A stretch of 64,000 bases of DNA from Eledone cirrhosa (Eukaryota). The position numbers and the translations under genes were made by a program. The notes under the pieces are model-generated. The model was not told where the DNA came from. It saw only the letters and a list, made by a program, of their open reading frames with translations, and did no database searches. The stretch lies in assembly GCA_964016885.1 (NCBI GenBank), contig OZ024753.1:46872001-46936000 (forward strand), in the 5' to 3' direction. Each line of letters starts with the position of its first letter. Position 1 is the first letter of the stretch. This document shows, one piece after another, positions 1 to 10,349 of this stretch.

Positions 1-624
1 CCTTGTCTGTAAGTTCAATTCTTGCTTGGAGACATGTCTAATGTGTCCTATTAATCTTTTTTTAATTTTCCTTTTACATCTCTTAGAAATAACTGAAAAT
101 CTTTGGTGAGAACCCCAATGTCTATTTATCTAATATAATTAATTTAATTTAATTTAATTTAATTTTTATTTTAGTGAAACCACTGTTGTATTCAAGAGAC
201 CAGGTGGAGGGGTGGGTCTGCTAGATTCATCGTGGGTAAAGAACGGTGCTATGAACTTTTCTGGGTGGGAAATGACAATGGGCTGGGTATACACATACCA
301 CCCCACCACCCCACCGTAAAGTGGTCGTGGAGGCGCCACGGCAAAAAAGCACCCAGCCCGCTCTGTAAAGCTGACGTGGAGGTGCCACGGAAAAAAAAAA
401 AGCACCCAGCACTCACTGCAAACTGGGTTGGCGTCAGGAAGGGCACCCAGCTGTAGAAACCAATCCAGAATCAGCTCCCACCCCACCCTTGCAAGCATGG
501 AAAAGCGGACGTATGATGAAGTTGATATATATATATATATATTAGTATATATATACACATACATATGTACACATATACACATACATATATATATATATAT
601 ACACACACATATATATCAGTGTAC

Positions 625-659
<35 letters not shown>

Positions 660-1129
660 AATGAATATTTATTCAATTTAAAGCGCCAATTATCTATATA
701 TAACAAGATATGAATTTTTCTAGGGATGGGGAAATTTTCAGTTTGTTTTTATATTTTCACTTCATTTTTTACTTTCTATTTAATACAGTCTTTGATCCAA
801 TATAATCCTGACAGTATTTGAACCAGTTTACCTCATATATATGTATGCACACACAACACTCAAGTTTCGCCATCTACTGCTATTTCATTCATATTTATTG
901 TTTAATTAACTCTGGTCTAATTCATCAACTATTGTTAATTATATTATTACGTAGATTTCTTATAAAATCTAGTGCATATATACGTGTATATATACAGGGA
1001 GACACTGTGTAATAGATGTAAAGAGAGTGGGAGATAGAGTTATAGAAGTAAAGAGAGGGAGAGAAATAAGCGGTAGATAGAGCAATAGATGTAAAGAGAG
1101 GGTTAGAACGTTCAACTTGACAGTCAGTA

Positions 1130-1201
1130 CATATGCCAACTACCCAACCGGCCAGCCAGCCGTATTTGCGGTTGACTGGCCAGTTGGGCGGTTGGTATGT
1201 G
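1130..1201. other. 72-nt GC-rich inverted repeat/hairpin, type A allele; also at 22788-22859 and 42321-42392
   Basis: Arms CATATGCCAACTACCCAACCGGCCAGCCAGCCG and CGGTTGACTGGCCAGTTGGGCGGTTGGTATGTG align without gaps. Confidence 0.9.
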
Positions 1202-1304
1202 GAACGTTCAACTATGCAGTCAGTACCAAAGTTCAACATTGTAGCCAGTGCATATGCCGATCGCCGCGACCTCTTTGCTCTATTTAAATGACCTGGAACT
1301 AAGT

Positions 1305-1417
1305 AAAAAGAGTAGGAGATAACTCGACAAGAGCGGAGAGGGTGAGATTCGAACCATGTAAAGTCGTTGGCTCCTGAAGTTCGTAAGCGGGGCTGCTACT
1401 GACTGATCAACGCCGGC
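1305..1417 (-). ncRNA. Candidate Pol III tRNA-like small RNA gene (~113 nt), unit 1
   Basis: Minus strand: TATAAG at 1446-1451, GCCGGCG start, A-box-like G(A/C)TCAGTCAGTAG, B box GGTTCGAATCT at 1345-1355, TTTTT at 1305-1309. Does not fold into a full cloverleaf. Confidence 0.5.
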
Positions 1418-1722
1418 AGCAAGGCAAATCGCGCATAAAATAACGCTTATATTGAGAAAATAAAACAAAAATTTCAATGTTGCACTCTTGTTTGTTGTTC
1501 TTTTATTTTACGTAAATATTTCGCTGCTCTAGCCTCTTATTTCCTATTAGATTACACTTAATTCCATTAAACATTCATTCTTAGTCTCGTGGTAAACTAT
1601 TTCATCTATATTTATATCGCTGTTACAGCCTTTTATTTCTACATCTATCACCTATAGCCACTGTTACGCCGGTAGTATAAGTAGCTTTATAACAAGAAAC
1701 GATGATATAACTCCACAAAATG

Positions 1723-1770
1723 TCTTCTTGAGCAAGACACTTCACCTCATATTGCTCCAGTACACCGAGT
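1723..1770 (+). mobile_element. Fragment of the CORE-like SINE domain (all units)
   Basis: TCTTGAGCAAGACACTTCACCTCATATTGCTCCAGT matches the reverse complement of ~5267-5300. Confidence 0.65.
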
Positions 1771-2398
1771 TACACATAGACAGATACATACATACACATA
1801 TATATGTACACAGATAGAAATAAGAGGGAGATAGAGTAAAAGATGGAAAGATAGTGTAAAAGATTTAAAGAGAGGGTGAGAGTGTGACACACATTTATCT
1901 GTCTATCTCTCTCTATTTTAACACCGGTCGTTATAATTAGTTTTATAACACCGCTATATTACCGACATGAAAGAGGTAAATAATTATTTCTTAAATGTTT
2001 AGAACATGTTTCTCTTGTCTTCTTAAATGTATAGAACATGTTTCTTATTTATATTCTTAACATAGCTAGGACCTTATCTCATTTACTGGTCTCTACTTTT
2101 AGGGCTTTGCTGGTCCCATGTGCCCTCCATGAAGACACACTCGCCCCTTCTCTCTCAGTCTCCGTACTAATTACTACACATACGTATATATATTTATTTT
2201 AAGAAACCTTAATGACAAATAATATAAAGTGTTTGTAAAGTGGGGAAGAGTAGTTTTACGGTGGGGTTGTTATATAGATATCGTTTTTGCAGTGGGGTCG
2301 TGACTGGCGTATAATAATGAGTCACTGTTGATGTATATACAAATCATATTTTGGATATAAGTGAAGTTATTTAAGAGATTTAGTTGTTTTGTATACAT

Positions 2399-4403
2399 TC
2401 ATAACGGTACGCGATGGGACCCACCCACAGCCCCGGCGGACAGAATGGAGAAGGCGTTTCCCCGGAGCACGGCAAGGGAGACGCGCTGGAAAAGCCACTC
2501 CAACTCGCGGGGCTCACACCTGCGGCTGGCCAGCTCAGCGCCTATGGTGGTGAGTAAGGAGGTAGCCCTGGGGCCGAGGACACCAGAAGTCTCCACTTCC
2601 AGGGGTACGACCGTAAACCTGTCGGAGAGTGAACGATATGTGAGCAGTTTGGCCCTCTCAGCCTGACGTGCAGCAGAACCTGGGCCAGTCGCAGACTGCA
2701 CCAGGTTGCGGCTGCAGAAAGTGTCGGTGCAAGTGGCATCCCAGACGAGGGGTTTGCCACCGCGGAACGGGAAGATGGTCATGCCATCTGGCCTTTTGCC
2801 GTCCCCTGGAGCTGGGAAGGGAAGCCTGCAGCGTCCAAGCCATGCTTAATGATTTCGTTGAGGGCAGCATGGCGTGGATTGCGGCTGGCACTGTGGCGAC
2901 AGGAAAGCGGGTGGAGGCCGAAAGAGTCAATGGTGGAACGGCAGCGACATTGGTGTGAGGCCGAGCCTCAGGGAAACGCCGATGCGCAAGCTATGGTTGT
3001 CTAGCTGCGTGCGAGTGGAGAAGGAGGGCAGGGCATGGAGCCAGGCCCCACTGTGGGGTTTGGAGGCCGCACGAAAACAAACAAGGCGGTGCTGGTCGAG
3101 CTGGCACGTGAGCCTGTCTGAGGCCAGGCTGCACTGGATGGCATCCCAAGTGTGTTGGGGGGGGACTTGACGTCAACAGGGGGAGAAGGAGGAGGAACGT
3201 CTACTGGGCTAAGTCCCAGCCGGTGCCACGTCTCACAGGCGGCCACGCGTTCTCTGAACACAGAGGGTTCTGTTGTGTTTTGAAGAACCCTGCTGAGGTG
3301 GACGTGGTACGAGGTTACCGACGAAAGATACGCCGGCAAAGCTAGTGAGATCGGGGACTGGAGGCGAAGGTCGCCATACCTGATAGGTAAAGTTGCATAT
3401 CTCATCGGCTGCTGCTCGGATACAAGTCTGGGTGTAGCACAGAGTGTATAGAGGAGCTTCGGCATGGCGTAGCAGTTCCTCAGCAGAAAGAGAACTGGGT
3501 GGCCATCAATCAAGCCCAGTCGGCTCGTGAGAGTCTGAACTTGATGGTGGAGCGGATGGCCGGCGGGTGGATCGGTGAGGGCATCCTCTTTGGGGGTCAC
3601 CTGAACCTGGCGGAGAATGGACCGCACGTCCAAGACGGAGACTGCAAAGCTTGCAGCATCGAGGCTGACATTCACCACCTCCGACTTGGCTGAGTTGACC
3701 TGGAGGTCGATTCCCGCCAGCGCAGGAACCACCGATTGAAGGTCATGGCAGACCGCCTGTACGGGCCCACCCAAAGTAGCATCATCCAGATACCAAACGT
3801 TGAGAGGGGCCGTTATACTCCGGGCGATGTGGTCAATACCAAGGGTGAACAGGAGGGGTCCCAAAGGGTTGCCCTGTTGGATCCCAGTAGCCAAGGGTAT
3901 GACCGCATCAGCAGCATGTCGCATGCTCGGGGCTCCATATGACAGCTAGGCAGAGGGGGCTCGGCTGAGGCAGGCCTCGAGCAGATGATCCCAGCGTAAA
4001 GAGTTGAAGGCATTCCTCATGTCAAACTTGACAATGAGGTGGCTGGAGTCCCTGGATGCCGGTTCCGAGTGTTACGGACTTGCAGGTTACCTTGGCAGCC
4101 AGCCTCCGGAAGACATTGCCCACAGCAATGGGGCGTATGCCACCCTCTTTCTTCCTGAGAGCGGTGAAGCTGGCTGAAAAAAAGAGGCCTCGAGCATAAG
4201 AGTCCAGGGCGCCATGGATGAGCCTATTGGTGAGCGCCACAATTGCACTCAGAAGGCGGCGCCCGGCCTCAGCGGAGAGGGGAGATATCAACTCCTTGAG
4301 GAGGCCTGGTCAGAGACCATCAACATCACCGCAGCTGCTAGCTGGGAAGGACCTGATGGCGGACATGATGTCTGCATCAGAAGCCACAAGGAGCAAGTGT
4401 GGA
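2399..4403 (-). mobile_element. CRE-clade (RLE-type) non-LTR retrotransposon remnant, 5'-truncated and frameshifted, unit 1 (type A)
   Basis: GC-rich island. RT motifs GIRPIAVGNVFRRL, NAFNSL, QQGNPLGPLLF, WYLDD. Knuckle HQCRC..HPLSC..RH. RLE motifs KRPDG, WDATCTDT, VPLEVETSG, QRVSLAVLRGNA. Split over several frames. Confidence 0.88.
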
Positions 4404-4490
4404 TTACAATACAAAACCTCTGAGAATGATTTCTAAGATATTTCACCATAATTAATTTTCATCAATATATATTAATATTATTATTGTTTA

Positions 4491-4773
4491 TTAGGTCAGG
4501 TGGATTGGCCAGAACAATTCTACTCTTCTTTTTTAGATGTCACGATTTTTCATGGCATTCCTGAGATCATTAATCTCCAGCTGGAGATCCAGAGACATCT
4601 GATGTATGTAGGTGAACCTCAGTCATCCCACTTGGCTCTTACTATGTTTAGGTATCCACCACAGGAGCCAGCTCATCAGGTCATCCTACCCTCAGCAGCA
4701 ATGTCCAGCATCTATTGATTTCCGCTCCCTAGTTATTGTGGTAATCTTCGATATCTGGGAATATATTTCTTCT
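4491..4773 (-). pseudogene. Old C-terminal fragment of a different RTE-like lineage (in all nine units)
   Basis: Manual translation with stops: EEIYSQISKITTITRERKSIDAGHCC*G*DDLMSWLLWWIPKHSKSQVG*LRFTYIHQMSLDLQLEINDLRNAMKNRDI*KRRV. Resembles RTE C-termini (R..AGH..LLW.P.HG..GRP..TY..AM.DR..W), followed by a TAA-rich tail. Confidence 0.7.
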
Positions 4774-4849
4774 GCTTAAGGGAGTAATAAATATATAGTT
4801 TTAAAAAAAACATATATATACACACACATATATATATGTTGTCATTTAT

Positions 4850-4992
4850 AAGAGTTCTCTATCAAAAGCCTTCTCTATGTCCAAAGCTAAGTATAGTGGC
4901 TTATTTTTCTCTAAGAACCTCTTTTGTAGTTGTCTCACTAAGAAGAGGGCATCTGTTGCACTTTTCAGCGGCACAAAACCAAACTGCATCTC
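4850..4992 (-). pseudogene. Short RTE RT fragment (clipped in block-terminal units)
   Basis: EMQFGFVPLKSATDALFLVRQLQKRFLEKNKPLYLALDIEKAFDR matches the RT of 34427-37546. Confidence 0.88.
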
Positions 4993-5047
4993 ATACACAT
5001 ACATACATATACATACATACATACATACATATACACATACATACATA

Positions 5048-5387
5048 CATCATCATCATTTCGTTTTAAGTCCGCTTTTTCCCTGCTTGTAAGGGTGGGA
5101 CGGGAACTGATTCTGGCTTGATTTCTACAGCTGGATGCCCTTCCTAACACCAACCTCATTTACAGTGAGTGCTGAGTGCTTTTTTGCCGTGGCACCTCCA
5201 CGACCACTTTGCAGTGGAATGATATGGACCCCAGTCCCTATCATCTCATTTCTACAGCTGAGTAAACTGGAGCAATGTGAAATAAAGTGTCTTGCTCAAG
5301 GAAACAACACATCACCCGGTCTGAGAATTGAACTCACAACTTTTCGATTGCCAGGCCAATGCTCGAACCACTAAGCCATGTGCCTCC
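5048..5387 (-). mobile_element. tRNA-derived SINE with a CORE-like middle and RTE-derived 3' tail ending in (GAT)n
   Basis: A box TGGCTTAGTGG, B box GAGTTCAATTC, then CCTTGAGCAAGACACTT..TTGCTCCAGT, then ~170 bp matching the RTE 3'UTR at 34127-34395. Confidence 0.8.
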
Positions 5388-5900
5388 ATATACATATACA
5401 TATACATATACATACACATACATATACATACATATATATATACATACATACATATATACACATACATACATACACATACATACACATATACATACATATA
5501 CATACATAGATATATATATATACATAATATAAATATACATACATACACATACATAAGCATATACACATAAGTATATATACATATACACACGTATATATAC
5601 ATATACATACATACATATATACACATACATACATATATACATACATACACACATATATACATATACACATACATACATATACATACATATACACATACAT
5701 ACATACATATACACATACATACATATATATATATATACATACACACACATATATACATACACACACATATATACAAACACATACATATACACATATATAC
5801 ACATACATACACATACATATACATACATATACACATATACACTCATATATACATATACATACATACACACACATACATACATATATACATATACATACAT
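5388..5900. repeat. Compound (TA)/(TACA)/(CA) microsatellite, length-variable between units
   Basis: Directly visible; source of the spurious Y/I/M/C/V ORFs. Confidence 0.98.
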
Positions 5901-6449
5901 AAAGACAAATCCACCTCATGGACGAGAATGCAAGGGCTCCTCCTCTTTGTTTCGGCCGCGGATGGCTAACCCTAACCCCATCCCCGCTCCCCACCGCTCC
6001 CAACCTCCAAACGCAATCCAAAACTTCAGAGTTGGTACCATTAATGTAGGCACCTTATAGGGTGGCTCTAACGAGGTTGTAGAAATGCTTGAACGTAAGG
6101 AGGTCGATGTTTGTTGTATTCAAGAGACCAGGTGGAGGGGTGGGTCTGCTAGATTCATCGTGGGTAAAGAACGATGCTATAAGCTTTTCTGTGTGGCAAA
6201 TGACAATGGGCTGGGTATACACATACCACCCCACCACCCCACCGCAAAGTGGTCGTGGAGGCGCCGCGGCAAAAAAGCACCCAGCCCACACTGTAAAGCT
6301 GACGTGGAGGTGCCACGGAAAAAAAAAAGCACCCAGCACTCACTGCAAACGGGGTTGGCGTCGGGAAGGGCACCCAGCTGTAGAAACCAATCCAGAATCA
6401 GCTCCCACCCCACCCTTGCAAGCATGGAAAAGCGGACGTATGATGAAGT

Positions 6450-6453
<4 letters not shown>
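5901..6453 (+). mobile_element. Internally deleted (bipartite) RTE: APE N-terminus fused to the 3'UTR. Copies at 11848-12400, 27566-28118, 47085-47637, 53020-53572, 58945-59497; 5'-clipped copies at 184-526, 21840-22182, 41375-41717
   Basis: Translates [48 protein letters not shown], matching the intact ORF N-terminus. It then switches near 6215 to RTE 3'UTR sequence ending GGACGTATGATGAAGTTGAT before (TA)n. Confidence 0.88.
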
Positions 6454-6518
<65 letters not shown>

Positions 6519-7086
6519 TATATATATACACATATATATATATACACACATATATATCAGTGTACATATATATATACATATATATATATATATAAATGAA
6601 TATTTATTCAATTTAAAGCGCCAATTATCTATATATAACAAGATATGAATTTTTCTAGGGATGGGGAAATTTTCAGTTTGTTTTTATATTTTCACTTCAT
6701 TTTTTACTTTCTATTTAATACAGTCTTTGATCCAATATAATCCTGACAGTATTTGAACCAGTTTACCTCATATATATGTATGCACACACAACACTCAAGT
6801 TTCGCCATCTACTGCTATTTCATTCATATTTATTGTTTAATTAACTCTGGTCTAATTCATCAACTATTGTTAATTATATTATTACGTAGATTTCTTATAA
6901 AATCTAGTGCATATATACGTGTATATATACAGGGAGACACTGTAATAGATGTAAAGAGAGTGGGAGATAGAGTTATAGAAGTAAAGAGAGGGGGAGAAAT
7001 AAGCGGTAGATAGAGTAATAGATGTAAAGAGAGGGTTAGAACGTTCAACTTGACAGTCAGTACAATGTTCAGCATGGTAGCCAGTA

Positions 7087-7158
7087 CATATGCCAACTAC
7101 CCAACCGGCCAGCCAGCCGCATATGCGGTTGACTGGCCAGTTGGGCGGTTGGTATGTG
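7087..7158. other. 72-nt hairpin, type B allele; also at 13009-13080, 28725-28796, 48254-48325, 54179-54250 and 60104-60175
   Basis: 35-bp ungapped arms centred on the palindrome CCGCATATGCGG; 28 of 35 pairs are Watson-Crick. Bracketed by direct repeats at 7039-7094 and 7159-7215. Confidence 0.9.
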
Positions 7159-7261
7159 GAACGTTCAACTACGCAGTCAGTACCAAAGTTCAACATTGTA
7201 GCCAGTGCATATGCCGATCGCCGCGCCCTCTTTGCTCTATTTAAATGACCTGGAACTAAGT

Positions 7262-7374
7262 AAAAAGAGTAGGAGATAACTCGACAAGAGCGGAGAGGTT
7301 GAGATTCGAACCATGTAAAGTCGTTGGCTCCTGAAGTTCGTAAGCGGGGCTGCTACTGACTGAGCAGCGCCGGC
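7262..7374 (-). ncRNA. Candidate Pol III tRNA-like RNA, unit 2
   Basis: Same layout; type B allele GCTGCT-CAGTCAGT-AGCAGC forms a perfect 6-bp stem. Confidence 0.5.
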
Positions 7375-8370
7375 AGCAAGTCAAATCGCGCATAAAATAT
7401 GGCTTATATCGACAAAAAAAAAAAAAAAAATTTCAATGTTGCACTCTTGTTTGTTGTTCTTTTATTTTACGTAAACATTTCGCTGCTCTAGCCTCTTATT
7501 TCCTATTAGATTACACTTAATTCCATTAAACATTCATTCTTAGTCTCGTGGTAAACTATTTCATCTATATTTATATCGCTGTTACAGCCTTTTATTTCTA
7601 CATCTATCACCTATAGCCACTGTTACGCCGGTAGTATAAGTAGCTTTATAACAAGAAACGATGATATAACTCCACAAAATGTCTTCTTGAGCAAGACACT
7701 TCACTTCATATTGCTCCAGTACACCGAGTTACACATAGACAGATACATACATACATACACAGATAGAAATGAGAGGTAGATAGAGTAAAAGATTTAAAGA
7801 GAGTGTGAGAAGTACGAGTTAGATAATGTAAAAGATTTAAAGAGAGGGTGAGAGTGTGACACACATTTATCTGTCTATCTCTCTCTATTTTAACACCGGT
7901 CGTTATAATTAGTTTTATAACACCGCTATATTACCGACATGAAAGAGGTAAATAATTATTTCTTAAATGTTTAGAACATGTTTCTCTTGTCTTCTTAAAT
8001 GTATAGAACATGTTTCTTATTTATATTCTTAACATAGCTAGGACCTTATCTCATTTACTGGTCTCTACTTTTAGGACTTTGCTGGTCCCATGTGCCCTCC
8101 ATGAAGACACACTCGCCCCTTCTCTCTCAGTCTCCGTACTAATTACTACACATACGTATATATATTTATTTTAAGAAACCTTAATGACAAATAATATAAA
8201 GTGTTTGTAAAGTGGGGAAGAGTAGTTTTACGGTGGGGTTGTTATATAGATATCGTTTTTGCAGTGGGGTCGTGACTGGCGTATAATAATGAGTCACTGT
8301 TGATGTATATACAAATCATGTTTTGGATATAAGTGAAGTTATTTAAGAGATTTAGTTGTTTTGTATACAT

Positions 8371-10349
8371 TCATAACGGTACGCGATGGGACCCACCCAC
8401 AGCCCCGGCGGACAGAATGGAGAAGGCGTTTCCCCGGAGCACGGCAAGGGAGACGCGCTGGAAAAGCCACTCCAACTCGCGGGGCTCACACCTGCGGCTG
8501 GCCAGCTCAGCGCCTATGGTGGTGAGTAAGGAGGTAGCCCTGGGGCCGAGGACACCAGAAGTCTCCACTTCCAGGGGTACGACCGCAAACCTGTCGGAGA
8601 GTGAACGATATGTGAGGAGTTTGGCCCCCTCAGCCTGACGTGCAGCAGAACCTGGGCCAGTCGCAGACTGCACCAGGTTGCGGCTGCAGAAAGTGTCGGT
8701 GCAAGTGGCATCCCAGACGAGGGGTTTGCCACCGCGGAACGGGAAGATGGTCATGCCATCTAGCCTTTTGCCGTCCCCTCGAGCTGGGAAGGGAAGCCTG
8801 CAGCGTCCAAGCCATGCTTAATGACTTCGTTGAGGGCAGCATGGCGTGGATTGCGGGTGGAGGCCGAAAGAGTCCATGGTGGAACGGCAGCGACATTGGT
8901 GTGAGGCCGAGCCTCAGGGAAACGCCGATGCGCAAGCTATTGTTGTCTAGCTGCGTGCGAGTGGAGAAGGAGGGCAGGGCATGGAGCCAGGCCCCACTGT
9001 GGGGTTTGGAGGCTGCACGAAAACAAACAAGGCGGTGCTGGTCGAGCTGGCACGTGAGCCTGTCTGAGGCCAGGCTGCACTGGATGGCATCCCAAGTGTG
9101 TTGGGCGGGACTTGACGTCAACAGGGGGAGAAGGAGGAGGAACGTCTACTGGGCTAAGTCCCAGCCGGTGCCACGTCTCACAGGCGGCCAGGCGTTCTCT
9201 GAACACAGAGGGTTCTGTTGTGTTTTGAAGAACCCTGCTGAAGAGGACGTGGTACGAGGTTACCGACGAAAGATATGCCGGCAAAGCTAGTGAGATCGGG
9301 GACTGGAGGCGAAGGCCGCCATACCTGACAGGTAAAGTTGCATATCTCATCGGCTGCTGCTCGGATACAAGTTTAGGTGTAGCACAGAGTGTATAGAGGA
9401 GCTTCGGCATGGCGTAGCAGTTCCTCAGCAGAAAGAGAACTGGGTGGCCATCAATCAAGCCCAGTCGGCTCGTGAGAGTCTGGACTTGATGGAGGAGCGG
9501 ATGGCCGGCGGGTGGATCGGTGAGGGCATCCTCTTTGGGGGGTCACCTGAACCTGGCGGAGAATGGACCGCACGTCCAAGACGGAGACTGCAAAGCTTGC
9601 AGCATCGAGGCTGACATTCACCACCTCCGACTTGGCTGAGTTGACCTGGAGGTCGATTCCCGCCAGGGCAGGAACCACCGATTGAAGGTCATGGCAGACC
9701 GCCTGTACGGGCCCACCCAAAGTAGCATCATCCAGATACCAAACGTTGAGAGGGGCCGTTATACTCCAGGCGATGTGGTCAATACCAAGGGTGAACAGGA
9801 GGGGTCCCAAAGGGTTGCCCTGTTGGATCCCAGTAGCCAAGGGTATGACCGTATCAGCAGCATGGCGCATGCTTGGGGCTCCATATGACAGGTAGGCAGA
9901 GGGGGCTCGGCTGAGGCAGGCCTCGAGCAGATGATCCCAGCGTAAAGAGTTGAAGGCATTCCTCATGTCAAACTTGACAATGAGGTGGCTGGAGGCCCTG
10001 GATGCCGGTTCCGAGTGTTACGGACTTGCAGATTACCTTGGCAGCCAGCCTCCGGAAGACATTGCCCACAGCAATGGGGCGTATGCCATCCTCTTTCTTC
10101 CTGAGAGCGGTGAGGCTGGCCGAAAAAAAGAGGCCTCGAGCATAAGAGTCCAGGGCGCCATGGATGAGCCTATTGGTGAGCGCCACAATTGCACTCAGAA
10201 GGCGGCGCCCGGCCTCAGCGGAGAGGGGAGATATCAACTCCTTGAGGAGGCCTGGTCAGAGACCATCAACATCTCCGCAGCTGCTAGCTGGGAAGGACCT
10301 GATGGCGGACATGATGTCTGCATCAGAAGCCACAAGGAGCAAGTGTGGA
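8371..10349 (-). mobile_element. CRE-like remnant, unit 2 (type B)
   Basis: Same motifs; 26-bp deletion in the knuckle and an extra frameshift in a G run. Confidence 0.88.

Noticed and set aside
1305-1417. Canonical tRNA or tRNA-Sec (TATA, 6-bp D-like stem, CTTCA)
   Set aside because: Acceptor, anticodon and T stems do not pair; kept only as tRNA-like.
2002-2043. Two p53-type half-sites GAACATGTTT
   Set aside because: They arise from a 32-bp local duplication; the 22-bp spacing exceeds the canonical 0-13 bp.
4660-4685. Hammerhead core CTGATGA on the minus strand, and CTGAAGA/CGAAA at 21150-21166
   Set aside because: The first has no stem II plus GAAA and lies in RTE coding remnant; in the second the motifs are in the wrong order with no stem II between them.
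5965-5979. Telomere-like CTAACCCTAACCC
   Set aside because: Only two repeats, within the RTE N-terminal coding remnant.
5312-6021. Long Y/I/M/C/V/H/T-rich ORFs here, in other units and at 17169-17953 and 32886-33692
   Set aside because: They are translations of stop-free micro- and minisatellites, not genes.
8640-9290. 216-aa plus-strand ORF and similar antisense ORFs over the CRE and RTE elements
   Set aside because: Antisense shadows of GC-rich coding DNA; broken in type A units; no recognisable motifs.
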